Assembly: GCF_030028105.1 (NCBI RefSeq)
Contig: NC_092379.1
Span: 20,933,309 to 20,997,308 of the forward strand
Origin: Mobula birostris
Taxonomy: Eukaryota
Length of the DNA stretch: 64,000 nt
Direction of reading: 5' to 3'
Shown here: piece by piece, positions 23,108-34,546 of the stretch
Layout of the letters: the number at the start of each line of letters is the position of its first letter
How positions within the stretch are numbered: the first letter of the stretch is position 1
The notes under the pieces: generated by a model
The model's input: the letters and a program-made list of their open reading frames with translations, nothing else
Told to the model about the DNA's origin: nothing
The model's database searches: none
Made by a program: the position numbers and the translations under genes

Positions 23108-23146
23108 CACAGTGCTCCGTCTCCCCATTCACCCAGTGCAGTAATT
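23108..23146 (+). other. JH 5' recombination signal (23-RSS, degenerate nonamer)
   Basis: Perfect CACAGTG abutting J. After 23 nt the nonamer position reads GCAGTAATT (4/9 match to ACAAAAACC). Confidence 0.7.
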
Positions 23147-23480
23147 TCACTTGCCCGTCACATCCAATAATCTCAGCAAAATGTCAACATGATCCCTGTC
23201 CCGACCGGGAGCAGCCGCTTCCTGGATTTCCATCTCAAAATCCGTCCTTGTCTCTCCCTGGCGTGTGAATAAAAGAGACATTTCACAGTTCTCCTGTCTG
23301 TGGACACCGGCTCCCTCCATCCCCCAGAATCAGAGTCAAATCCTTTCTGACTTTTAATTGTCCACAAAATGACATTTGCGCCCGGCAGTCCGAGTGAGGC
23401 TTCGGGGATATGACTCTGGGAAGCAGCAATGCGGAATTCGTGGAGACAGACTGCGCTGCAGACGCTCCTTTGTCGGGACC

Positions 23481-23508
23481 AGTTTCTGTTCAGCTCCCCA
23501 TCACCGTG
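23481..23508 (-). other. D 3' recombination signal (12-RSS)
   Basis: On the minus strand CACGGTG, 12-nt spacer, ACAGAAACT. Confidence 0.88.
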
Positions 23509-23525
23509 CTCCAGCCAGTTGTAGT
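23509..23525 (-). CDS. Single DH segment, ACTACAACTGGCTGGAG (17 nt)
   Basis: Bounded by 12-RSSs on both sides and lies between VH and JH. Confidence 0.9.
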
Positions 23526-23553
23526 CACAGTGATACACCGCCGTACGATAACC
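23526..23553 (+). other. D 5' recombination signal (12-RSS)
   Basis: On the + strand CACAGTG, 12-nt spacer atacaccgccgt, ACGATAACC. Confidence 0.9.
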
Positions 23554-23923
23554 TCCGCCCCTCTCACTGTCTCCCAGTACAGTCACTCCTCTGTCAAACC
23601 GCACTGGAACACCAAAGTGCCTCTGATCATTAACGTTCCTCACAGCCCGACCATTTACTGTCACGTGTAGACGAAGGACCGACACCTGACCAGGTCGATC
23701 GGTGACCCCATTCCCACTCACGGCGCTTGGCTCCGAGCTGCCCTCTGAAGTGATCCGCTGAGCCTCTCGGTCCATCTGTCCAGCATCTCTTCTTGGGAAT
23801 CCCCGCTGACAACCCGCCTTCCATTGCGTGGACGAGCGGATGCGGCCCAGAACGACCGGGATGCAGCTGTGTCGATCACTGCTGTCCTTTCCCTCAGCGC
23901 CCGAAGGACAGGCGCTCTCGCTG

Positions 23924-23962
23924 GGTTTGTGTCCCGCTCCAGTCCCGGTTTCTCTCAGTGTG
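23924..23962 (-). other. VH 3' recombination signal (23-RSS)
   Basis: CACACTG, 23-nt spacer agagaaaccgggactggagcggg, ACACAAACC. Confidence 0.95.
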
Positions 23963-24263
23963 TTATCTCTCGCACAATAATAGGTGGCCGTGTCGTCCAG
24001 TCTCAGGTTGTTCATTTGCAAATAGACGGTGCTGCTGTCCTTGGAAATAGTGAACCGGCTCTGGACTCCAGGCGCGTATTGCTTGCTCCCGCCACTCGTT
24101 ACACGCCCCAGCCACTCCAGCCCTTTCCCGGAGACCTGTCTCACCCAGGCCATGTGGTAACTGCTGAGGCTGAACCCACTGACCGCACAGGTCAGTCTGT
24201 GGGACTGCCCGGGCTTTACCACCGCTGACTCGGGCTGTGTCAGCACGATGGCGGACCGCACGC
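23963..24263 (-). CDS. IGHV: VH exon, germline and unrearranged: [100 protein letters not shown]
   Basis: Canonical V-set motifs ([25 protein letters not shown]), no stops, directly followed by an RSS. Confidence 0.97.
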
Positions 24264-24372
24264 CTGTCAATAAAAAAAGAGCAGAAATTAATAAGATGTT
24301 CCACCGGCAGAGATTCACAAACCCTCCGAGAAACAGCCGGTGCCGGGTGGCGACAAGCCCCAGGACACCCAC

Positions 24373-24418
24373 CTGCCAGGCAAGACAGGAGGAGACAGAG
24401 ATAAGGTACGACCCCCAT
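24373..24418 (-). CDS. IGHV: IgH leader (signal peptide) exon, [16 protein letters not shown]
   Basis: ATG at 24418, hydrophobic 15-codon peptide, 46-nt exon ending G|gtgggt (phase 1), then a 109-nt intron ending tttttttattgacag. Confidence 0.93.
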
Positions 24419-24506
24419 CGCCCTGAGCACTGAGCTGGACTTGGACACTGTTGAGATCGGCGGCTTCAGCTCAGGCCGGCTTTGTCCGGAGCCGCAGTGA
24501 GCGCTG

Positions 24507-24514
24507 TTTAAATA
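24507..24514 (-). promoter_or_regulatory. TATA-like box of the VH promoter
   Basis: TATTTAAA on the minus strand about 90 nt upstream of the leader ATG at 24418. No Ig octamer seen nearby, consistent with elasmobranch VH promoters. Confidence 0.6.
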
Positions 24515-24772
24515 GGGACGTGGGCTGTGAGTGAGAGAGGGAGCCGCGGTTTGAACAGGTTCTCACACACTGAAACCAGAGGCGCAGCTTCCTGTCCCCA
24601 CCCACAGCAGCGATTTCAATTCCCCAAAAGATGTTTGTCTCTGCAACAGGCGGCAGGTCAGCGGCAGTGACCAGATCCGGATTAAAGATCGGTCACTCTC
24701 TGTTCGATTCATCAATTTCAGCGATGAACAGTTTGTGTAAACTGAAACACACAGAATCCCAGCAAGAGAGAA

Positions 24773-24935
24773 TGAGAGACACCAATCAATAGACAGATAT
24801 CCCTCTGAGAGACACCAGTCAGTGGACAGTTATCCCCCGAGACGCAGGGACTGAGAGACACCAGTCAGTGGACAAATATCCCGCTGAGAGACACCAGTCA
24901 ATGGGCAGATATTCTCCTTAGAGACAGTCTGAGAC
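24773..24935 (+). repeat. Minisatellite upstream of the VH promoter
   Basis: About four degenerate copies of gagagacaccagtcagtggacagatatccc. Confidence 0.8.
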
Positions 24936-24961
24936 TGTCTTTGCAGGAAAATGTATTAAAC

Positions 24962-25765
24962 CAGGGGTCCCCAACCTTTTTTGCACTGCGGACCGGTTTA
25001 ATATTGACAATATTCTTGCGGACCGGCCAACCCGGGGTGGGGGTGGGGGGTAGGGTTGCCAACGGACAAGAGTAGCAGTCAAATACGTTGTATTTACCCC
25101 AATTAAGACTACAATGGCCATGAAGCCTTGCGCGGGCACCTGTGTGCGCATGCGCAACTTGCATGTACGTGCCGATTTTTTCTAAAAATCGTTTTTGGCG
25201 ATTCTGTTCGAAGCGGGGGAAGAGGCTGTTAATCACGACCGGAATATAGGTAGTAAGTGGCTAATACACTCAATTTCGTTTCTAAAAAGGTTTATCCAAA
25301 GCATTTAATATTAAACACACAGCACATATTTTCCTCGCATGAATATAGTGATAAGTCAATTATCAGGGGAGGAGGGGGAGCTTGAAGTAAGTGTTGAACG
25401 AACTTCCAGTAGAAGTGGTAGAGGCAGGTTCAATATTATCATTTAAAGAAAAAATGGATAGGTATATGGACTGGAAAGGAATGGAGGGTCGTGGGCTGAG
25501 TGCAGGTCGGTGGGACTAGGTGAGAGTAGCGTTCAGCACTGACTAGAAGGGCAGAGATGGCCCATTTCCGTGCTGTAATTGCTGTATGGTTATATAAGTC
25601 ACTTATAATCAATAGCATCATAACATTTTAAGTAACGTTTGGATATTAAACACACAGCACACATTTTCCCGGTACGAACATATAAAATCATTGCAACACA
25701 CCAATATCACTGAATCAGTGGGAGCCCTGGGCTTGTTTTCCTGCAACAACACGGTCCTATCGAAG
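24962..25765. mobile_element. Non-autonomous hAT (Charlie-group) DNA transposon, truncated, with an internal CR1 tail at about 25380-25590
   Basis: Terminal CAGGGGTCCCCAACCTTTTTTG at 24962 and internal GAATCAGTGGGAGCCCTGGGCTTGTTTTCCTGCAAC at about 25712-25747. The second terminus is not found; it is cut by the Penelope element. Confidence 0.75.
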
Positions 25766-25767
25766 GG

Positions 25768-27190
25768 TCACACATCAAAGTTGCTGGTGAACGCAGCAGG
25801 CCAGGCAGCATCTCTAGGAACAGGTACAGTCGACATTTCAGGCCGAAACCCTTCGTCAGGACTAACTGAAGGAAGAGTGAGTAAGAGATTTGAAAGTTGG
25901 AGGGGGAGGGGGAGATCCAAAATGATAGGAGAAGACAGGAGGGGGAAGGATGGAGCCAAGAACTGGACAGGTGATTGGCAACAGGGATACGAGAGGATCA
26001 TGGGACAGGAGGTCCGGGAAGAAAGACAAGGGGGCGGGAACCCAGAGGATGGGCAAGGGGTATATTCAGAGGGACAGAGGGAGAAACAGGGGAGTGAGAG
26101 AAAGAATGTGTGTATAAAAATAAATAACAGATGGGGTATGAGGGGGAGGTGGGGCATTAGTGGAAGTTAGAGAAGTCGATGTTCATGCCATCAGGTTGGA
26201 GGCTACCCAGACGGAATATAAGGTGTTGTTCCTCCAATCTGAGTGTGGCTTCATCTTTACAGTAGAGGAGGCCGTAGATAGACATGTTAGAATGGGAATG
26301 GGATGTGGAATTAAAATGTGTGGCCACTGGGAGATCCTGCTTTCTCTGGCGGACAGAGCGTAGATGTTCAGCAAAGCAGTCTCCCAGTCTGCGTCGGGTC
26401 TCGCCAATATATAAAAGGCCACATCGGGAGCACCGGACACAGTATATCACCCCAGCCGACTCACAGGTGAAGTGTCGCCTCACCTGGAAGGACTGTTTGG
26501 GGCCCTGAATGGTGGTAAGGGAGGAAGTGTAAGGGCATGTGTAGCACTTGTTCCGCTTACACGGATAAGTGCCAGGAGGGAGATCAGTGGGGAGGGATGG
26601 AGGGGACGAATGGACAAGGGGGTCGCGTAGGGAGCGATCCCTGAGGAAAGCAGAGAGAGGGGTGGAGGGAAAGATGTGCTTAGTGGTGGGATCCCGTTGG
26701 AGGTGGCGGAAGTTACGGAGAATAATATGTTGGACTCGGAGGCTGGTGGGGTGGTAGGTGAGGACCAGGGGAACCCTATTCCTAGTGGGGTGGCGGGAGG
26801 ATGGAGTGAGAGCAGATGTACGTGAAATGGGGGAGATGCGTTTAAGAGCAGAGTTGTTAGTGGAGGAAGGGAAGCCCCTTTCTTTAAAAAAGGAGGACAT
26901 CTCCCTCATCCTAGAATGAAAAGCCTCATCCTGAGAGCAGATGCGGCGGAGACGGAGGAATTGCGAGAAGGGGATGGCGTTTTTCCAAGAGACAGGGTGA
27001 GAAGAGGAACAGTCCAGATAGCTGTGAGAGTCAGTAGGCTTATAGTAGACATCAGTGGATAAACTGTTTCCAGAGACAGAGACAGAAAGATCTAGAAAGG
27101 AGAGGGAGGTGTCGGAAATGGACCAGGTAAACTTGAGGGCAGGGTGAAAGTTGGAGGCAAAGTTAATAAAGTCAACGAGCTCTGCATGCG
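25768..27190 (-). mobile_element. Penelope-like element, 5'-truncated, with GIY-YIG endonuclease
   Basis: ORF 26157..26909: PLVLTYHP, CKRNKCYTC, VIYCVRCSRCGLLYIGETRRRLGDCFAEH; terminal motif cctgacgaagggtttcggcctgaaatgtcgac. Confidence 0.93.
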
Positions 27191-27199
27191 TGTTTTAGC

Positions 27200-30050
27200 T
27201 CCAGGTACGGTCACCCATGCCAAGCAGGTCAAAGGGTAGAGGCCAGTCTAAGAGCGGTCCACTGTTCATCCAGGTTCTGAGTTTTCAGTCAGGGTTCATG
27301 AACCTGACTCATAAAAAAGAAAAATTGTAATTGTTATGTGCTCCCTATCGTGCCAGCTTCCAGGATTTAGACACTGCAACTCTCCGGAGTACAGATAGCT
27401 GGATGCAGCCCATTTAAGGTTCAGGATGATCCCACTAATTGGCAGTCATGTTTTGGGCACCAATAATTGAGTATTTAAAGAACACCTGAACTGATGTTTG
27501 GTGCTCAATCGTAAGCCCTACTCGTGATATCGTTTAGCGTTTGTTTTGGGCTCAGTTCTTGATCCAGTTTGATACCATGTCTTGATCTTTGCTTCGAATC
27601 TCTAGCATTTGGGTCAAGGACTCTCTTCATAGTTACAGAAACGGCAAAGAAGATTCTTTCTACATCTGAGTGCAATGGTATTCCCTCTGTCACAACCACG
27701 GATTCGACAGCACAGTCGGTACTACAATTGTGCTTGTGAAGATTCACGTGTTAGCTCATTATTATTCAATTGTGATAGTATTTAACTCCATACTTGTTGT
27801 CATAGTGTTCCTTGAGACTTCCACACAGCAATGTTTCGCTGCCTGTCTGCTTTCCGCCTTGCCTGAGAAATTGGACTGTTAAGTCAACTGACTCTGAAGA
27901 CTAGTGGTATTCATTTTTTTTTATATTTAGTTGTTCATCTCAGCCACAGTGTAGTTAGAGTTTTAGTTAACGGCCCTGTATGGCCTAGCTTTCATTGTTT
28001 TCTTTCTCCTATTGACCCGCATCAGTGTCTCTCACTCTGCCTTTGGGCCATATTGGAAACTGGTGACACCCTAGTCACCATCCGGGACTTGCATGGCTGA
28101 AAGTAGTGAAAACTGAGAGTAGTGAAAACGATGGGCATGGTGAAAGGAGCCGTGAACTTTGCCAAGACCATGACCAAAAATGTTTTTTAGAATGTACGAA
28201 CCGTATACAAAATTTACACAAATAACCACATTAATGTGTCATTACAGCCAACATACACTGGGGTCAGTGAAAGCAGATGGACAGGGTCTGGAAGACTGAA
28301 GGCAGCAACTGGTGAAACAGTTTTATATTCAGGGAAGGAGGATGGTCAGCGTCATGATGGTGTCGCTGTCATTTTGAAGAAAGGCATTGAGAAGTGCCCG
28401 CTGGAGTGAAAACCAATCAACAGTCGGCTGGTGAGAGTCAGGCTGAGAGTGAAGCAAGTGAACATGACTGTGATCCAGTGCTATACTCCAAATGACAGAG
28501 TGACATTGAAGAAAAGGACATCTTTTACAAACAGCGGATGTGGAATTAACATCACGCATGACATAATCATCACCATCATTGGAGATCTAAGTGGCAAAGT
28601 GAGAAATAACAATCACACTTCACTAGGGTCATGGGTACATAAGGATGTATAACAATCAATAACAATAGTGAAGGTCTGGTGGAATGCTGTGCCTTGAACA
28701 ATCTGGTCACAGGAGGGACCCTCTTTCCAGACCATGAACTCCACAAACTGACGTGGTGCTCACCCAATGGACAATGCAAGATCCAGATTGACCATTTGAT
28801 GACAAATGATACGAGGAATCAATCCTTGCAGAGTGTAAAAGTGAAGAGATGAGCAGATATAGGAAGTAATCACCACCTTGCTGTAGCAGTGATGAAACTC
28901 ATGCTGAGAAACACTGGGACCAGAGAACAGGTACAAAGAGACTTTGATGTTGAAAATCTCAAGGACACCAGTATGAGATCTACCATCACCATTCAACTTA
29001 AGAACAGATTTCAGGCCTTGGCAAGGATGTGTCAGTAGACAAGGTCAACAGAATGTGGACACAGATTGTGTCAGCATTCGAGGAGATCAGCGAGGCTTGT
29101 CTACATTACAGAGCTGGAAAGAAAAACAAAGAATGGATACAGCAGGAAACATGGACAGTCTTAGAAGAAAGATAGAAAATTAGGAAGGAAGTGTTCAATG
29201 CAACGTCAACATGAATTAAGGTGAAATTTCAATTGGCATTCACTGAAGAAAGTAAGAAATTGAAGAGCTTCTAAGAATGGATAAGGGGGTCTACATGGAA
29301 GACCTTGCATGCTGGCCACAGCAGCAACCTGTCGAGGTGATCAGCAAAATATGCATAAGATTTCAAAATTGGTATGCAGTAAGTTCCAAGCCAGATCCAG
29401 TAGCCCCACGAGAGGTAAGAACGGTCTGCTTTTGACAAGAGCACGAAGCACGATGGACAGGGTATTTCAGAGATTTACTGAGTAGACACAGAGGACCTTG
29501 AAATCAGTGCAGATCCACCCAAGAAAGAAGAGATTGTTACTGTGATTAAATCATTAAGAAACAGCAAAGCTCCAGAACTTGACAGTTTGAAAGCCGAACT
29601 GTTCAAAGCCGAGCCAAAAGTTGCAGCAGTCATCCTGCAACCACTGTTTACTATAATCTGGGAATGGGGACAAGTGTCCACGGACTGGACAAAGGGAGTT
29701 AGGATCCCCAAGAAAGGAGCACTAAGTGATTGCAACAACTGGTGTAGCATCACAATTTTGTCTCACCAAAGTCATTGTCCAAAGGATTACAGATGCTGTA
29801 GATGTGTGTTTGAAGGTTGGCTTCGGGAAGAATAGAGGCTCTGTCAACTGGATCTTCATGCTGCATAACATCATAGAGCAATGCACAGAGTGACAGAGAC
29901 AACGATACATAAATTTCGTAGACCTTGAAAAGGCTTTTGATAGCATTCACCGGGAGAACCTCTGCTAAATTCTCAGATCATATGGGATCCCTTCCAAAAT
30001 TGTCCAGCGTATCTTGAGTTTGTATGCTAATTTCACATTTGGAGCAGGTA
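27200..30050 (+). mobile_element. Degenerate RTE-clade LINE (an LTR-like insert is suspected near 27330-27900)
   Basis: APE remnants (SESRWTGSGR...VLYSG...HDGVAVIL, MTVIQCYTP) and RT remnants (SLRNSKAPELDSLKAELFK, FVDLEKAFDSIHRE). Confidence 0.8.
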
Positions 30051-32059
30051 AAGTGCTAGTCATTGCATTACAGGAACGATGTGGATGCTTTGGAGAGGGT
30101 GAAGAGTCCATTCAGTAGAGTGTTGTTTGGATTGGAGCATATGAGCTGTTAGGAGAGGTTGGATAAACTTGGACTGTTTTTGCTGGAGCGTTGGAGACTG
30201 GAATGGACTGACAGAAGTATGTAAATTTATGAGGAGCAGAGATAGTCACAGACTTTTTCTAGAGTAGAAATCTGAAATGCCAGAAGGCAGAGGTTTTATA
30301 TGAGAGGGGAAAAGTATAAATGAGATTTATGAGGCAAAATTGTGGTTGAGATCTGGAATATGTTGCCAGAGGAACTGATAGCAAGAGATAAGACAACAAG
30401 ATTGATCAATGAAAAATAAAGTGGTCCCAGCAAAACCTCAACTAGTTACTGGTGATTAGGTTATTTGCCACTTTCCTGCACTGTTGACTCAGGCTCCCAT
30501 CACTTTTCTGAACATTGTCTAGACGAATTGGACCATTATTGTCTAATTAGATTTGTCCTGTATTTTGAGAGTGGACATACTGGACACCTTTTCCCATTTT
30601 TGTGCAGATGTCAGTGTTGTTTCTGTACTGGAGCAGTTTAGTTGGAACCATCAGTATAATGGCATTGAGCCAGAGCACAAATTTCCTGTTTGCAGCGTAA
30701 ATAAGTACCACCTTCAATCTGAGCCGATCTCAGTGTTTTTCTTCTCCAGAGAACCCAATATTTAAGTTTGGTTCAAGTCAGCTTTATATTGTTACTTCCC
30801 AGAGGACAGAAGTCTCCATACTTGCATGGACCCCTTCTCCCTTCAGACTTTCAGTCCCATTACTCAATCCTATTTTTAGTAATACAAGAATTGTTTATTG
30901 GTATTGGTCCCTGAACTGAAAAAATATTCCCATGCCTTGAGCAGAGAGCTTATTCTTTTTAGTAAGCCTATTTCCTCTGGAAGGCCCCCTGTTCAGCTTA
31001 AGTCAAACCACATCTCCTACAGGAAACTGAGAAGGAAATATCCCCTATATCAATGGCCAGTTTCACCCACCTGTCAATAGTGAAAATATGAAATGTGTTT
31101 CTGGTAAATCAACAGCTGCACACAGAGATTCTGTTCAAATTTATTGCATACACTGTGTCAGAAGGAGGTTGATCAGCCCTCCAGTCTATTCCCTCTTAAT
31201 ATGACCTGTGTCCGAGCTCCATTTACCCACCTTGGCTCCACATATTTTAATAATTGAACTCAAACAAAATTCTATTAAGTTTGAAGTTTCAACTGACACT
31301 TCCCACCCCGCCGCCCCAGTCTTGGCCACTTCCCAGGGAGAGTTCCAGATTTCCAATGCCCTGTGTATCCTGAAGTAACGGATTCTTTGTGTTATTCTTC
31401 TGCACCATTGTTGAATGTTATTAAACTCCCAATTACACTGGCCTTCAATTTTCCACACTTCAGGGAACAGGAGACCAGACCTAATATTCTATCCCAGGCC
31501 CAGTAGCACTTCACTGTGCCTCGTCCACACACCACCTCTCCAAGGAAAACACTTCCTGAGGGGTGATGCCAGGAATCACAGCCAGTGCTCCAGATGTGGT
31601 CTAATCGGATCCCTACCCTGTAGCAGTGAAATATCCACCCCTCTGTATTCCTGTTTTCCCCACAAACTGCAGCGCATTGAGACTTTGAGCTTTAATTCAT
31701 CCTTCGGATTTAATTAAACCTGCCAGTGGTCTCTTATCCAAAGTAAACCTTCCACATTCCCTCTCTGGCAACTAGGATTAGTTATTCCCCTATGGAATCT
31801 GTGTCAGTCAGCTGACACAGCAGAAACAAGACCTCTCTTGAAACACGAGCTCACCAAACAACAACCTCTGCGACTGTGGGCAGTTTACCTCCTTATGTTT
31901 CTCACCACACCTGAGTATTTTCATATGTACCTGTCTCGACCTACCATTGGCTTGTATTCATTACAGATTGTTTAAAACTTCCTATACTTACAGCTGTAAG
32001 TTAAAAATCTCACAGCTGGCTTTCCTAATCCAGATCCCACTGCCTCTTTGTCCCATTTT

Positions 32060-32985
32060 GAACTGAGATATGGGACATGTTCCACTCTACTCTCTCTACA
32101 CTCATGACTGTGTGGCTCGGCACAGCTCAAATGCCATCTTCACATTTGTCTGCTGTTGGCAAAATCTCAGATGGTGACAAGGAGGGGTACAGAAGTGAGA
32201 TCGATTGGCTGGTTGAGTGGTGTCATAATAATGACGTTCACTCAATGTCAGTAAAAATAATGAATTGATTGCGGCCATCAGGAAGGGAATGTGGGGGGAC
32301 ACACACCAGGTATCATTGAGGGATCAGCAGTGGAAAGGGTGAGCAGTTTCAAATTCCTGGCTGTCAACATCGCTAAAGATCTATCCTGGGTCCAACTTAT
32401 TGATGAAATGACAAAGAAAGAACATTAGAGGTTAAATTTCATTAGGAGTTTGAGATGACTTGGTGTTTTACCAAATACTCTAGCAAATTTCTACAGATGT
32501 ACCATGGAGAGCATTGGATGTGGTTGCCTCACCGTCTGGTACAGACAGGCTACTGCACAGGATCAGAAAAAGCTGCAGGGAGTTGCAAACTCAGCCAGCT
32601 CCATCACGGGCACCATCTTCCCCAGCACTGAGGACATCTTCAAAAGGCAATGCCTCAAAAAGCCACATCCATCATTAAAGACCCACATCATACCGGACAT
32701 GTTCTCCTCTTATTACTACCATCAGAGAGGAGGTACAGGAGCCTGGAGACACACACTCAACATTTCAGGAACAGCTTCTTCTCCTCTGCCATCAGATTCC
32801 TGAACAGACAATGAACCAACTTATGACCACTACCTCCTATTTTTGCTCTCGATTTGCATGAGTTATATATACATGTATCTCATTGTAATCTATGGTTTTT
32901 TATGTGTTGCACTGTACTGCTGCCACAACACAACAAATTTCACAGCATATGTCAGTGATATTAAACCTGCTTCTGATACTGATGG
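32060..32985 (+). mobile_element. Rex1/Babar LINE 3' portion
   Basis: YRSEIDWLVEWCHNN, FKFLAVNI, CLTVWY...QDQKKLQ and a 3' UTR ending attaaacctgcttctgatactga. Confidence 0.8.
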
Positions 32986-33214
32986 GAGTGAAGGCAGTAA
33001 CTAGTTGAGTCTGACGATCTGATATATCTGACCGTAGGTGACCGGTCTGGGCCCAACTGCTACCGCTGGGAAACAACAGTCCCTGAGAAAGAGTTTGGAA
33101 TTGGGTGATGGACAGAAAAATGAATGGAAAATAAAGTGAAGGAGGAAGAGATAAGAGACATGAAATGGGACAGCATGAAATGGGGAGGAAGTGATGAGAG
33201 AGGTGACAGAAAGG

Positions 33215-33695
33215 GCAAAGAGGAAATGAGAGAGAAATGACATGGATATGCAGTCAGTGAGGGGGAACAGGAGAGTAAAAGTCCCAGGAAGAGATAAAGA
33301 GAGTAGGAGAGGAACATGGTGAAGGAAAGGAAACTCAACAGATTTTGTTTCTCTCCCGTGACTCTGGTAGGACACAGAGTTAAATGAAACATACAGCACA
33401 GGAGCAGATTCTGACCAATTATTTCATGGCATTGTTAATTTTCTGCATGAACCTCCAGTCACTCGATCTTTGTGCAACTGGGTTAACTTCTTCTGTTTCC
33501 TTTCCTCACATTCACTTCTGTGGGAGAGATCCACAATCTCTGGATAAATAATCCAAATTGGATGATCAGTGATTATTTACAATAGTTTTAATTCCCTGAA
33601 GTCTGAACCATCCTTCTCCTCCACCCTATCTGTGATGTGAAAATATGCTTTACCCTTCTAACTTCTCATGGCCCTCCTTTCCAGGGTGTACTTTG
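33215..33695 (+). repeat. Direct duplication, copy 1 (partner 34546-35047)
   Basis: Shared blocks such as gtcccaggaagagataaagagag, ggaacatggtgaaggaaaggaaac, cacattcacttctgtgggagagatccac and aatatgctttaccctt. Confidence 0.9.
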
Positions 33696-33885
33696 TATCT
33701 CCCCCTCCCCCCCACTTTCAAATCTCTTATTAACTCTTCCTTCAGTTAGTCCTGACGAAGGGTCTCGGCCTGAAACGTCGACTCTTCCTAGTGATGCTAC
33801 CTGGCCTGCTGCATTCACCAGCAACTTTAATGTGTGTTGCTTGAATTTCCAGCATCTGCAGAATTCCTGCTGTTTGCGCTTTGAA
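33695..33885 (+). mobile_element. Penelope terminal fragment
   Basis: cctgacgaagggtctcggcctgaaacgtcgac...ctggcctgctgcattcaccagcaac. Confidence 0.8.
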
Positions 33886-33903
33886 GCTGAACTGTTTGAA
33901 GTT

Positions 33904-34546
33904 TGATGGACAGGTGATACCCCAGCAGGGGGATAAAAAGAGCAGGTTCGCTAAGGCATTGGACACCATGAGACCACAAGACAATGAGACCCTGGAACGA
34001 ACGGTGTGCCCCCATAAGTGATGGGAGTTTGGACGTCCAGTTCGTGGGAACCGACCATAGGCTCACAGGGTGTAAAGGTACGATCGGTGGGAACCTGGTG
34101 TGTGTGTCCACCCTTGCTTGGGTGGTGGGTTCACAGCGGAAGAACGATCGTATCTGGAATGGAGGGGTCACAGTTGGTGACCACGGCAGGATAGAAGACA
34201 TCAAAGGTCTGCCTGAACCAAATTGCAATCCCCCCCCCTCTCTCTCTCTCTCTCCAACGGTACAACAGCGATTACTGCGAACTGCACTAAGCTGAAATGA
34301 ACTCTGCATCACTGTAAGACTGATCATTTTACCCCTAGACTGCAATAGAGCTTGGTTGATTCCTATTACCCTAGTTTTGTGTATAGGTGTGTATTATCAT
34401 TGCTAACCTGTTACATTTATATCCCTACGATTAGAGTACTGTATTATTTGTTTCTTTAATAAAACTTTATTAGTACCTAGTAATCCAGACTCCAACGAGT
34501 GTTCCATTTCTGATGGTTTGGCAACCCAATTACGGGGTACGTAACA
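33904..34546 (+). mobile_element. Solo LTR (Gypsy-like)
   Basis: TG...TAACA ends, TATA-like ggataaaag, AATAAA near the 3' end, no internal coding sequence. Confidence 0.65.

Noticed and set aside
23864-23884. Degenerate heptamer-like pair between V and D as a hidden D1
   Set aside because: Only about 5/7 matches and no nonamers on either side.
24008-24024. Octamer-like ATTTGCAAAT as a promoter element
   Set aside because: It lies inside the V coding sequence (LQMN codons) and is not a true ATTTGCAT octamer.
23173-24372. The 399-aa ORF as a single-exon gene
   Set aside because: It starts at the GT of the leader intron donor and runs through the intron, V, RSS and D. The true leader ATG is at 24418 and splices to 24263.
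30608-30696. AG/GT-bounded plus-strand segment encoding a signal-peptide-like MSVLFLYWSSLVGTISIMALSQ
   Set aside because: Isolated, 89 nt, weak donor, and no partner exon found.
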